IMG/VR virus record: IMGVR_UViG_3300032373_000077
Coordinates: 1 to 32,835 of that record
DNA length: 32,835 nucleotides
Reading direction: 5' to 3' (one strand)
DNA from: a virus
Lineage: Duplodnaviria > Caudoviricetes
Each line of letters opens with the position of its first letter. Within the stretch, counting starts at the first letter, position 1. Made by a program: the position numbers and the translations under genes. This document shows positions 1 to 10,400 of the stretch, in pieces. The notes under the pieces are model-generated. The model ran no database searches. It saw only the letters and a program-made list of their open reading frames with translations, and was not told where the DNA came from.

Positions 1-29
1 AAAGAACAGTTTTTATACTTCTTCTTACT

Positions 30-836
30 TTGCCTTTTTGGGATCACATTATAGGTTATACAGTATATAAATATCTTTGCCTTACAAGTGGCGGAGTAAA
101 AATATATAAGACTGTTACTGATGAGCAGGAACAAAGGGATTATTGGATTGATTCATATAGTCAAATAAGTGCCAAGGGTAACGCAGGTACTCAATACGGA
201 ATTGTTGGAAGAGTACTTTTAACTAAAGATTTCAAGCAACATAAAACTGTATATACAAATAACTGTAAAAGTAAAAGATGGAAAACATATGATTGTCAAA
301 AAGCAGATAAATATATTGAAGATAGTAATTTGAAAATATATGAATATGCTAAAAATGATAGTCATATACCGCGAAGTAAACTCAATATAAACTATATAGA
401 TAAATCCTTATTAGAAAGTACTTGGGTCATTGGTGAAAATACATTAGAGAAGGGTTATTTAAATTATTGTGAAGGTGAATATAATTCTTTATCAAAAAGC
501 AATAAAAAATATTCATTTTCATGCACCAATGCAGATAACATAATCAAAAAATACAATCTTAAAAATACTATTAGTGTGCGTAGGAGTAAATACCGTAATT
601 ATTGGAGTTCAACCAAAGAAACAAATATAATAATTCCATATATATTATATGAAAATTATGAAAAGAATATAAAAATAACTACAAAAGAGTTAGTTAGAGA
701 ATGGCATGCGTATACCTTTAAAAATGGATGGTATATACAAACCTTTAGCCCATATCATCCATTTAATGTTCATTGTAATGATGGATGGTTTAAAGGCAAA
801 CTTATAATCCCAAACCCATACAAAAATAATAAATAA
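30..836 (+). CDS. Host hypothetical protein, probably 5'-truncated by the window edge; possibly an immunity/accessory partner of the downstream lipase-like gene
   Basis: 268-aa Lys/Asn/Tyr-rich ORF in very AT-rich DNA, ending 15 nt before the lipase-like gene. The TTG start is doubtful and the function is inferred from context only. Confidence 0.55.
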   Translation: MPFWDHIIGYTVYKYLCLTSGGVKIYKTVTDEQEQRDYWIDSYSQISAKGNAGTQYGIVGRVLLTKDFKQHKTVYTNNCKSKRWKTYDCQKADKYIEDSNLKIYEYAKNDSHIPRSKLNINYIDKSLLESTWVIGENTLEKGYLNYCEGEYNSLSKSNKKYSFSCTNADNIIKKYNLKNTISVRRSKYRNYWSSTKETNIIIPYILYENYEKNIKITTKELVREWHAYTFKNGWYIQTFSPYHPFNVHCNDGWFKGKLIIPNPYKNNK

Positions 837-851
837 TAAAAGGAAAATAAA

Positions 852-1443
852 ATGTCAACAGTAAAAACGAACTTAGAGAGTGTAAATTTATCAGAGTTAT
901 CTTATACAGATTATAAAAGTGATTTAACGGCAAATCAATATTTAGCTAGATTGCAAGGTGTTCATGATAGTGATGAACTTACAGGTGGAAATTATAGTGG
1001 TGATGGATTAAGTGGAATAACTTTAGATAAAGCTAAAACCTTCGCAGGAGTAACAGAAGAAAGAAATGAAGAGACAAACGAAATCATAAAAGATGATAAT
1101 GGGAATGTTCAATATAAATTTGAAACAGATGCAGAAACTGGTGAAAAAACCTCAGGCTACTCCATCTTATCAACAAGCCAAGAGATGGGAATAGAAAGCG
1201 GTGATTTTCAAGGTATGTTTGTAAAAAATAATGTAACAGGTGAAATTACATATGCAATAAGAGGTACACAACTTACTAGTTTAGGTGACCTATGGGCAGA
1301 TTATAATCTAGCGATGGATGGAAATGCTGGCGCACAGCAAGAAGCAGTACAATCATATTATGAAGCATTTGTATCTTCAAATAGTGAAATTAGTACAGGT
1401 ACTACAATTAATGTAACAGGACACTCTTTAGGTGGATTTTTAG
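852..1443 (+). pseudogene. 5' part of a host lipase class 3 / DUF2974-like alpha/beta-hydrolase gene, interrupted by the prophage
   Basis: RBS AAGGA before the ATG; motifs YAIRGT, DLWAD and VTGHSLGGFL. After ...GGFL the ORF runs into phage end sequence, while the native continuation (AQIFTANN...TFNAPG) is at 32674+. Confidence 0.85.
1440..1443 (+). repeat. Target-site duplication, left copy (TTAG)
   Basis: Same TTAG at 32674-32677; joining the flanks through one copy gives GGT GGA TTT TTA GCA CAA (GGFLAQ). Confidence 0.75.
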
Positions 1444-1449
1444 TTCTAA

Positions 1450-1533
1450 TTCTCGTTCATTTTGCGAGAAAAATTCTCGTTTACTCGCAAAACAGAGAAA
1501 ACTTAAACGGTCACTTTTGAGAGTGAACGAGAA
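1450..1533. repeat. Left-end putative transposase-binding sites (3 copies)
   Basis: TTCTCGTTCAT (1450-1460), TTCTCGTTTACTCGCAAAA (1474-1492) and inverted TTTTGAGAGTGAACGAGAA (1515-1533). The same motif family occurs at the right end. Confidence 0.8.
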
Positions 1534-2309
1534 TAGTTTGATATAAAAATCTCTCTAACACTCTTCTTCCTCCCATGTACATTAGAACCAAGTGTATAGT
1601 CTAGTTTCATGGTTATTTTAATATTGAATTCTTTATATAGTTCTCTAATGAATGGGTCATCGTTATAACTAAGTAAAAACTTTCCTTGAATATTCACCAA
1701 TGTATCTCTTAGTAATGTATGTTCCTCTTTACCAAACCCTCCAGTATTCTTATAGTAACTCTCAGTTCCAAAGTATGGAGGGTCACAGTAGAAGAAAGCA
1801 CCTGGTCTATCATACTCATGTAGAAGCTTCATAAAGCTCATATTCTCAATCGTTACAAACTTTAATCTATCAGACCACTTTCTAAAATCTTTATAAATAT
1901 CTTTTGGACGTCTACTCTTTGGCATGGCAAAGTTATCACCTTTTGAACCAAAGCTCATGGAGAGCTGATAGTAATAGAGTGCTGCTCTTTCGATGTTGTT
2001 TCTTGGTTTGAATCTCTTATTCTTTATGTCATTGAATAGTTCACGACTAATAAGTAGTTGCTGGAGATAATCAGATAGACTCTGAGGATTAGACCTTATG
2101 ATACGATGCAGGTTCACTAGTTCACCGTTAATGTCATTGACTATTTCAATCTTTGATTTTGGTTTTCTGTAAAGTACAGATAGTGCTCCACCAAATACCT
2201 CTATATAAGAGGAGTGCTCTGGAATGAGATTAACTATCTCATCAGCTAATTTTGATTTGCCACCAATCCAACCGAATGGGGCTTTTAGTCTATTGTGCTC
2301 GATTTGCAT
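1503..2309 (-). CDS. DNA adenine methyltransferase, D12/Dam family, in the position of Mu mom
   Basis: PFGWIGGKSKL, YIEVFGGA, VNDIN and FFYCDPPY motifs. The ATG at 2309 has an AAAGGAG RBS, so it is preferred over the TTG at 2333. Confidence 0.92.
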   Translation of the reverse strand: MQIEHNRLKAPFGWIGGKSKLADEIVNLIPEHSSYIEVFGGALSVLYRKPKSKIEIVNDINGELVNLHRIIRSNPQSLSDYLQQLLISRELFNDIKNKRFKPRNNIERAALYYYQLSMSFGSKGDNFAMPKSRRPKDIYKDFRKWSDRLKFVTIENMSFMKLLHEYDRPGAFFYCDPPYFGTESYYKNTGGFGKEEHTLLRDTLVNIQGKFLLSYNDDPFIRELYKEFNIKITMKLDYTLGSNVHGRKKSVREIFISNYSRSLSKVTV

Positions 2310-2328
2310 AATGCTCCTTTTTGCATTT

Positions 2329-2401
2329 TGCAATCATTTTTAGGGGTGGTGGACTTTTTATGTAGAATCTTGGTGCAGTCATCAGGGGTGGTGGCTGCAC
2401 C
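2329..2401 (+). promoter_or_regulatory. Direct repeat plus hairpin upstream of the methylase; possible antisense RNA element
   Basis: AGGGGTGGTGG at 2342-2352 and 2384-2394. A 13-bp stem 2372-2384/2389-2401 has two U.G pairs that form only on the + strand. TAGAAT lies at 2363-2368. Confidence 0.5.
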
Positions 2402-2408
2402 TTCATTG

Positions 2409-3689
2409 TCACTCACTATTAATAGTTGTAAATAGATCTATCAACTGGTAAGGACGTTCAGCTGTATAAATGGTCGAATAACACCCACCATGCCAGCCAG
2501 TATACTGGTCATTACATGACGAGTAACTAGCCCATCCAATCCTAAAATTCTGACCTTTGTCTATAGTTGTCCAACGTCTGTAAGAGACAAACTTACCATT
2601 AGGAAATATATATTGTCCATATGTATGTAATGGGTAACTACTAAAACTTGTATCTGTGTTATTGACCCACTCTGTATGTGTGTTAAAAGTGCTTATTGGA
2701 ATAAAGAATGGAGTCACCATTGTATTTGTAGTGTATGCTGGTAAAATATATAGTGTAGCATTGTAGCTTCCATCATTCACAAGTACAGCGCGACTTCTAT
2801 AAAGAAGATAGTAAGGTGCTGAACCTCTAGTATATGTATAAAAACGGTTAATCTCAAACGCACCACTTCCGTTACTTGGATTAAATATAATCTCAAACGT
2901 CCACCAAGCACCAGCCACACTATTACTCATATTAGAACCAGCAAAATACATGCTATCTCCAGCTCTATTCATAACTATGTTTGTGGCAATATTATCATGG
3001 TAAGTACTGTCGTGACTTTTTAAAAGTGCTACAGCATCCCAAATAGTTTGCCCGTTTCGTAGCTGAGTAAAATATGTGTTGTAATAGCTTCCATCATGTT
3101 CAGTAAACGCACAAAAGATATGTCCATCTTTATGACGATGAGCTACAAAGAACTCCTGCTTAGTACCATTTTGGGTGATTGCAGTTCCAGTTGCTATTTT
3201 TTTAGAACCATTAATTTTAAGTGTACTCATATCTATTTCATCAGAGGCATATATAATATTAGCGCTCATCCAAAAAATACGAAATGAGTTATTGTCAGGA
3301 TTAATTGTAAAGTCAAACCTCCAACTATCATAAGCTATAGATCCATCAAACTCAACTGCATACCACGTTTCACCTCTATCGTCTGAGACATAAAACCCTC
3401 TATAAGCATTACTCATAGCCACAAATACAAAGTCATTCTTGTCTGGGTCTTTGGTGTAGATTTGATGAGTAGTTAGAACTTCATCTGGTAAGTGCTTCTG
3501 TTTAATGTTATTGCTTCCATTATATTTCTTTTCAGCCTCAATAAGCCTTGTATCAAAGCTTCTTTTCTCTTCTCTTCTTGAACTAACTAGTTCAGAAAGT
3601 GCTTGCGCATTTGTAAATTTATCAGGCGCAGAAGTTGCACTATCTGCTATTGTTGTTAATAGTTCCTCTCGTGCAGTATTAAAGCTCAT
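2409..3689 (-). CDS. Putative receptor-binding/tail spike protein with Asp-box (BNR) motifs, paralogue 2
   Basis: Distal tail position; helical N-terminus; SDDRGETW and TIDKGQNF Asp-box-like motifs; aromatic beta-rich body; colinear similarity to 4170..5444. Confidence 0.65.
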   Translation of the reverse strand: MSFNTAREELLTTIADSATSAPDKFTNAQALSELVSSRREEKRSFDTRLIEAEKKYNGSNNIKQKHLPDEVLTTHQIYTKDPDKNDFVFVAMSNAYRGFYVSDDRGETWYAVEFDGSIAYDSWRFDFTINPDNNSFRIFWMSANIIYASDEIDMSTLKINGSKKIATGTAITQNGTKQEFFVAHRHKDGHIFCAFTEHDGSYYNTYFTQLRNGQTIWDAVALLKSHDSTYHDNIATNIVMNRAGDSMYFAGSNMSNSVAGAWWTFEIIFNPSNGSGAFEINRFYTYTRGSAPYYLLYRSRAVLVNDGSYNATLYILPAYTTNTMVTPFFIPISTFNTHTEWVNNTDTSFSSYPLHTYGQYIFPNGKFVSYRRWTTIDKGQNFRIGWASYSSCNDQYTGWHGGCYSTIYTAERPYQLIDLFTTINSE

Positions 3690-3699
3690 AACCTATCTC

Positions 3700-4164
3700 C
3701 TATACTTCAATAGCTTCAACTTCTTTTGAAGTCTTTGCTTGTCTAAGAGCTTTTTCAATAGCCCATTTCTTTTTATAGTAAGCAAGACCAGCCTCTATAA
3801 TCTCATTTTTAATTGTTTGCAAATCTTCAATAGTAACTGGTTGAAATTCATTATGTGCATCTCTAAACTCCTCATCAGTTAAATTTTTGTTTTGCATAAA
3901 CTCAATCAACGAGGAGACATTCTCTTTTGCTTTGTAGTCTGCATCAATATCAAATCCTAATGAAGATTTAATCACTGCTTTTGGCTCTTTATCTTTATAT
4001 TTAAAGAGCAGTTCACGCTCTTTAATCGCCTTAGCAACTTCAAACTCATGTTTCTCCTCTTGAATTGCTTTATAGTTATCCCAATCAAAAGCTTCAAACT
4101 CTTTTTCACTCCACTCTTCGCCTGTATCAGGATTACGTGTAAAAGTTTTATATGTAATATCCAT
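3700..4164 (-). CDS. DUF4376-like tail fibre assembly protein
   Basis: IDAD...FRDAHNEFQPVTIEDL...YYKKKW...EVEAI pattern typical of DUF4376 proteins; lies between the two RBP genes. Confidence 0.65.
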   Translation of the reverse strand: MDITYKTFTRNPDTGEEWSEKEFEAFDWDNYKAIQEEKHEFEVAKAIKERELLFKYKDKEPKAVIKSSLGFDIDADYKAKENVSSLIEFMQNKNLTDEEFRDAHNEFQPVTIEDLQTIKNEIIEAGLAYYKKKWAIEKALRQAKTSKEVEAIEV

Positions 4165-4169
4165 CTTTA

Positions 4170-5444
4170 CTACCTTTTATATGTACTTAAATCAACTAAT
4201 CTATATTCAGTGTTATAAGCTGAATATGTTCTAAATCTCCCAGCAGTACGCTGTGCATTACTATTTGATTGCCAGCCTGCATGGTTGTAACCCATTATTT
4301 GCCAGTTAATACCCCAATCTTTTGTGTAGTACCAATCATTACGGAGATATTGTCCGTTTGGTAGAGGGAAATGAACATAAACGTTAGGATCTGCAGTTAT
4401 ATTAATACCAGTATTTACAAATGCAGAGAATGTGTCAGTATTTACTAGATACACATTATCTAAACTGTTACCATCATTTGTTGGGATTAAGACAAGCTTC
4501 TCCTTATTGCCATCATTTGCATCATTGATTAAATAGAGTGAGCAATGTGAGCCTAAGTAGTATGGCGCAGCATTTAGGCTATCCATCCCAAGGCGTGTAA
4601 ATGTAAAATCATCTATACCATTCCATACAACTTTAAAGACTCCAAAACGTGCATAATTAGCTGTTGTTGAATTTGTTGCATCACTGCCAAAGTAAAAAGT
4701 GGTATTTGTAGAGTTTGCTAGAACACGAGTTTTTATATCTTCACCAAAGTAAGTTGTTGCACCATCCCATTGATGAGCTAAAAGTATATTTTCAGCTCCC
4801 CATGCACCAGCTTTTGGTTTGCTCATGTAACAAAGATCATGTGCATTTGCGGTTACTGTAGTAGAGTATGTTAAAAACATATGTCCATCTACATGGTAGC
4901 CAACACCAAAATAGCTACCTTTTGCGGTATTTGTAGTTATTGCTGTTCCTGTATTTATATATGGAACAAAGCCTGTATTGATCATGTCTACATATGAAAT
5001 CCAGCTACTTTCATAAATAATATTTGCTGATTTCCAAAACAGTTTAAAAATACCAGTTGTCTCATCTACAATAACATCATATGCATAGTTATCGCGTGTT
5101 AGGTCTAAATCCCACCAGTACCAACTTTCACCAGCATCTGGCGAAAATAGATTTCTAGCAGTTCCACTGTTTGCGATTAAAAAGATAAATCTCTCATCTG
5201 TACCGCGTGAATAGAGCGTATGTGCAGTACCTCTAAAACCATGAGGTACTCTTTTACCTACTAAATTACTCTGTTGTGTGCGTGAACTCTCAACAGCAGT
5301 TAATCGGTTGTCATAATCGACTGCATCAACTGCCTCGGCACTTGCAACTTCAACTAAGGCTTGTGAAAGTAAGAGTGTATCTGTTGCTGTTGCAGCTGCT
5401 TCAATATCAGCAATTAAGTGTGTTTTTGTTGTACTATAATCCAT
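4170..5444 (-). CDS. Putative receptor-binding/tail spike protein with Asp-box motifs, paralogue 1
   Basis: SPDAGESW and TKDWGINW Asp-box motifs; WKSANIIY matches WMSANIIY in 2409..3689; similar length (424 vs 426 aa). Confidence 0.65.
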   Translation of the reverse strand: MDYSTTKTHLIADIEAAATATDTLLLSQALVEVASAEAVDAVDYDNRLTAVESSRTQQSNLVGKRVPHGFRGTAHTLYSRGTDERFIFLIANSGTARNLFSPDAGESWYWWDLDLTRDNYAYDVIVDETTGIFKLFWKSANIIYESSWISYVDMINTGFVPYINTGTAITTNTAKGSYFGVGYHVDGHMFLTYSTTVTANAHDLCYMSKPKAGAWGAENILLAHQWDGATTYFGEDIKTRVLANSTNTTFYFGSDATNSTTANYARFGVFKVVWNGIDDFTFTRLGMDSLNAAPYYLGSHCSLYLINDANDGNKEKLVLIPTNDGNSLDNVYLVNTDTFSAFVNTGINITADPNVYVHFPLPNGQYLRNDWYYTKDWGINWQIMGYNHAGWQSNSNAQRTAGRFRTYSAYNTEYRLVDLSTYKR

Positions 5445-5446
5445 AT

Positions 5447-5776
5447 CTAATTACTCCTTTTTTGTCTTCTAAAATGAAGTTCAATGTTGTTAATCCTTGC
5501 ATTTAAGGACTCCTCTTGTGAAATAACTGCATTTACTGCTGTTGTTTGTGCAGACGATATTGCACCTGTTGCAGTAGTTAGTGCATCTGTTATAGTTTGT
5601 ACAGCTGTGCTAACATCATTTGCATATTGTGTATCCCAAGTGCTTTTGTCACTAGTTATTGCATCTATTGCTATCTGTTTTGCTGCTTCTAGCTCAGTAA
5701 CTTTTCCAGATGCAACATTTAGCAAGTCAGTTGCAGCTTGAACAATGTCTGCTAATTGTTGGTTTATATCCGCCAT
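5447..5776 (-). CDS. Tail-associated coiled-coil protein
   Basis: 109-aa Ala/Thr-rich helical ORF, translationally coupled within the tail operon. Confidence 0.6.
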   Translation of the reverse strand: MADINQQLADIVQAATDLLNVASGKVTELEAAKQIAIDAITSDKSTWDTQYANDVSTAVQTITDALTTATGAISSAQTTAVNAVISQEESLNARINNIELHFRRQKRSN

Positions 5777-6465
5777 TACAATGCTCCTTTATCAATTAAT
5801 AGTTTATGTAACTTCATAACATTTAAAGCTATTGAAGCCACCGCGTTTGTGTTATTTAAAGAGTTAAAGACATCTTGAACCTCCACAGTTGTTAAATTTG
5901 TATAATTTACAATTAAAGTTTGAATTGCTATATGCTCATTCTCTATTGCTGTTAGCTTATTAGCTAGCTCAAGAGCTAGTAAATCAGCATCTGCTTTTGA
6001 GGGAATGGTAGAAACCAAGTAGTCAATATCTGTTTTTACTTGAGTCTCTTTTGTTACAATATTTCCTATTGCACCATCTTTTACGGTTGTTATAGCTCCA
6101 GCTGAACTTGTCTCTTGAGCTTGGATGTTGCTAATGGCATCTTGTGCAGCAGTAGAAGCTGTTGTACTTGCATTAGAGATGGCACTTAGTGCAGCCTGTA
6201 GGCTCTGTTCTATTAGAACAAGAGCACTATTTTTTAAAGTAGTAATCTCTTGTGTTATTGATGTTGAGAAGTCACTTACAAGAGTTGTTAAACTATTCTT
6301 TATTCCATTAATATCTTGCTCTAGCTGGTTTAATTGTCCTATGCTGATATTAAACTGTTTTAAAAAAGTTGCAAATTGTGAAAACCATGTATTTAGTATA
6401 GATCTAAAATTTACATCTGGTTTATTAGGAACAACTGTGATTTCATCTACTTTATCTATTGCCAT
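5776..6465 (-). CDS. Tail-associated coiled-coil (fibre shaft/adaptor) protein
   Basis: 229-aa heptad-rich ORF with an AAAGGAG RBS, between the tail-tip gene and the RBP genes. Confidence 0.6.
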   Translation of the reverse strand: MAIDKVDEITVVPNKPDVNFRSILNTWFSQFATFLKQFNISIGQLNQLEQDINGIKNSLTTLVSDFSTSITQEITTLKNSALVLIEQSLQAALSAISNASTTASTAAQDAISNIQAQETSSAGAITTVKDGAIGNIVTKETQVKTDIDYLVSTIPSKADADLLALELANKLTAIENEHIAIQTLIVNYTNLTTVEVQDVFNSLNNTNAVASIALNVMKLHKLLIDKGAL

Positions 6466-6475
6466 CTATTCTCCT

Positions 6476-7417
6476 TTAAATTAGTGGATTTGCTTTTAGA
6501 AGCACTTTTGATGATGTCTCATTTGACATAATTTGTAAAACATCATCTATGGACGCATATACCCAAGTAGCCTCTTGTCCGCTCTCTTTTGAATCACCTA
6601 AAACCAAAGTTGGAATATCAATAAGGTTTTTTAACTTTCTAAATATTGCACTGTATTCTGGTGTAGGGATGATGCAATCAACTTTCATTACATTAACTTT
6701 TTCACCTGGTTTAAATGTACTAATTCCAAATGGACTGTCATCTCTACCACCATAATTTTTTAATCTATTTTCAATTCCCCATTTAGATACACCAACTTGA
6801 AGTATTCTCCCAACTTGTGGAATTCCAACCTTTGCAACTCCAATCTCTTTATGTAGCCCAACACGAATAATTACAGAGTATGCTCTTGGCAGATAGACTA
6901 TAAAAGCATTTTTAAACTCATCATCTTGGTTATATACATAATCCATAATGTCTAGGTCTTCATTTATAAGTAAACTAGTTGTAGTTTTTTCTCTAATTAC
7001 AGTAATGCCATCATTATCTAAATAGGTAATGTCTACGCTATCAGCTTCTATATTCATTAATGCAAACATATCAATTGAGTCAACATTCACATCAAAACTC
7101 ACACTTCCGTTATTGATAGTCTCATCACCAACTGTTTGTGAATGTAAAAATTCATCTGTTAATCTGCTTGGATTTGTAGCACCATCTTTTAACCACTTTG
7201 CTGTCTCTATGCCAAGTAGAGCATTTGTTATATTTACAGATGGAGTACTTCCACCTGTATTGCCATCTATCAATGATTTATATACAGCGTTTTCAGTTGC
7301 AACTTGTACAGCTTCACCAGTATTGTAAGTATTAGCTTGAACAAATTCAGGTGCGCTCTCAGCTGCACAAACCATATTTGAGACTGTATATGGAGCTGGT
7401 ATTAGTACAGTACTCAT
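6476..7417 (-). CDS. Tail tip / distal tail protein
   Basis: 313 aa, directly after the tape measure with a stop/start overlap; N-terminal YNTGEAV...VYKSL...W carbohydrate-binding-like motif. Confidence 0.55.
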   Translation of the reverse strand: MSTVLIPAPYTVSNMVCAAESAPEFVQANTYNTGEAVQVATENAVYKSLIDGNTGGSTPSVNITNALLGIETAKWLKDGATNPSRLTDEFLHSQTVGDETINNGSVSFDVNVDSIDMFALMNIEADSVDITYLDNDGITVIREKTTTSLLINEDLDIMDYVYNQDDEFKNAFIVYLPRAYSVIIRVGLHKEIGVAKVGIPQVGRILQVGVSKWGIENRLKNYGGRDDSPFGISTFKPGEKVNVMKVDCIIPTPEYSAIFRKLKNLIDIPTLVLGDSKESGQEATWVYASIDDVLQIMSNETSSKVLLKANPLI

Positions 7418-10400
7418 TAGCTTGCCACCTTAACAAGAAGTCCGCGGACATTCCATTTCTCAAATAGATCAAGCATCTCTTTATCTGTTTTAAGTACTTC
7501 ATACATCATCTCATTTTGCTCTTTTAACATACTGTTTTGCTCTTTTAAAAGCTCATTTTGTTCTTCTAGTCCTTGAGCTTTTTGAGATGAACCTAAATTT
7601 AAAGAGTTTCCTTTTTGTCCTTTTCTTTGTGCTTCCAGTCTGGCAAGTATGTCACGGTTAATTGGGTCGCTAACTTGGTCAGCACCTATGACATACTCTT
7701 TTTTATGAACTGAGCCAGCAATAGAGTATGGGTCTCCATCACCTGTATAACCAGCCGTTCTAAAACCCTCATTTTTTAGCCAATCATCAACAATTGCATA
7801 GCCAGCTGTATTATTCTCAGCTAGTGCAGCAACACGAAGTTGTGATGCAAATGTTGGAGTTAAGTCATCACTTGTTTTTCCAGCTATTAAGTCTGAGTAA
7901 GATGCTCCTGAATATGTACTTGAAGTACTTGGAGCTATAGCAACATTATTACTTTGGACAGTTGCTTCAGTTCGTACACCATTTACATAAATTACTGGAG
8001 ATACGTTAATTGTAGGGTCAAAGCTTTTTTGATTGATTAAGTTTTGTAACCCTAAAAGTTCATCTTTAGCAATACTTGCTAACTCTTCAGTACTTTTTGC
8101 AATGGTTGGATCATATGAGAGTATCGCTGCTTGAATGTCTGACATATAGCGATTGGTCTCAGCGGTTAGCTCCTCTTGAGTTTTTTGCGCACCTTCAAGT
8201 CCATCAACACCTTTTAATTGCGCTGATATTCTTGCAAATTCAAATTGGTATTTAGATGCACCTGAGTACTCTTTTAAATTTGACAGATAAGCTTTTGAGT
8301 TTTCTGTTACACGGCTAAGATATAGAGATGTATCGTTACTATTGCCTGAAATCATGGCACTTTGTAGACCTGTAAATGCTGTTTTATACTCAGATAGTGC
8401 AATACTAGCTCTATCTTGATGGCTTAGATAACTAATAGAATCATCAAGGCTCATACTAATAACTGAATCATGTAAGCTGTTAGTAACACTTTCAATATTT
8501 GCAACAATATTTGTTTGAACATCTAGTGTACTTTTATAGCTATCTAGCATAGTGTTAAATGTAGTAATCTCTTTTTTAATATCTTTACCACTTTTAATAA
8601 CTGCTAATTGACTGTCTAGGTCTTTCTTGGTATAGCTTTTATTATTAACACTTAGACCATCATAGATGCCTTTTAGCTCAGTAGTTCCTTGGTACCACTT
8701 CATTATGTCATTTTGCATACCAGATGCATCTGCTAAAAATGTCTCATTACTAGAATGTGATAAATTGCTTGAGATATTTTTAATGTCTGAATATTTAAAT
8801 GTTTTTGATGTAAGAGAATCTATACTACTTTGTACAGATGAGCTAAGTGAACCTAACGCATTTTTAAAGTTATTAAGTGAAGTGATTGCAGCATTTAAAA
8901 AGGTAGTTGTACTTTTTAAAATATCACCAGATTTATCAAGTTCTGGATTATTAATTAGTGTATCTTGAATTGACTTTGCAGTACTTCTAATGCCATCTTC
9001 GCCAACTTTAAAAGCCCAAGATGCTGAAGTTGCTATATCTACCCATTTATTGCCATCTATATAGAGTGTGCCAGGATCTAATATTTGACTAAAGTTAGAA
9101 CTAACTGCAGTTGAGTATGCTATTAAGTCAGCACTTTTTTGCTCTTCTTCTTGTTTTAGCTGCTTTGCACGTTGGTCTTCTAGAGTTGCTAATTTTTCAT
9201 ATGAGTCACCAATTGCGGTAATAGTTTTTAAATTTGCATCTGTAAAATTGGCTTTTGCTAAATCATTTGTGAGTTCAGTGAACGCTCTAAAGTCTAAGTT
9301 GCTTAGTGCTGTTTGTAGTCCGTCAATTTGTGGAAGAGTTGAGCCATATATTGACGTTAAATCAGTTGCTTGTTTTTTAGCTACATTTATATCGTAATCT
9401 AAAATATCCTCACCACTAATTTGTGCGTTTGTTCTTTCCCATCCATTTTGCGCTGTTATAAAGCTATTTACAGACTCAGTTAACGCTTTTATTACAGTAG
9501 AATCAATGCTTTTAGCATATTCACCCCAAATATCATAAACTTTGTCTAGTTCGCTATCTCCAATAGTTGTCGGGATATTACTAAGTTCCGTGAATGACTG
9601 TATAAATGCTTTTGGTAGTGCAGTATCTAGTAAAGTTGTACCGCTATACATGCCAGCTTGCACAACAATATCTTTATTGTCTGTTAGAGTGTCAAGCAGA
9701 TACTCATATGTTCCAAATAGAGCATCTATTTGAGACTTTTCTTGTGAGCTTAGTGCATTAACATTCGTCCAGCTCTTATCGTTAAACCAGCTATTTTTTT
9801 CAAAGCTTGAATAACCTTGAATGTCTGAAACATCGCCATAACTAGCTGAACTTTGTAAGTTAAATCCTGAACCCACTTGTTTGGTTTTGCCAAACATTCC
9901 GCCAAGTAAAGCAGAAACACCAAGCAATGCCCAACCAACAGGGTTTGTAAGTCCCAGTGCACCTAAAGCTAAACCGCCACCTATTGCTCCTGTTATACTT
10001 GCGTATGTGTCAGCCCCTAAAAGCTTATCTCCTAATTCCCCAACACCATAACCAGTGATACCACCAATCAGCCCAGAACTAACACTTTGTCCCGCCTGTA
10101 TTGCACCAGTAGCTCCACCATTAGCATAAGCCGTGGGGTTGGCAAAGCCATACCCAAAGCCTTGTATGTTAACAATACCTTGTGAACTTAAAAGTCCTGT
10201 ACTACCTAAGCTATTTGCAACAGTATTAAAGCCAGTTACAATAGTATTGCTTATGCCATCAGTAAATAATCCATATGCACTCTTAATTCCACTCACATAA
10301 TTTAAAGCAGACGATAAATTGCTATTTCCTGAAAGTTGTGCAGCACCTTGTAGAACCTGACCGCCACTATCAACTACAACTCCCTCATTTGTGCCATTAC

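Noticed and set aside
1444-1520. C-terminus of ORF 852..1520 (VLILVHF...)
   Set aside because: Read-through into the phage left end; the true continuation is at 32674+.
2310-2333. TTG start of the methylase at 2333
   Set aside because: The ATG at 2309 has a strong AAAGGAG RBS at proper spacing.
2409-5444. Invertible G-segment or diversity-generating retroelement acting on the RBPs
   Set aside because: The genes are co-oriented; I saw no invertase, reverse transcriptase, long inverted repeats or near-identical TR/VR pair.
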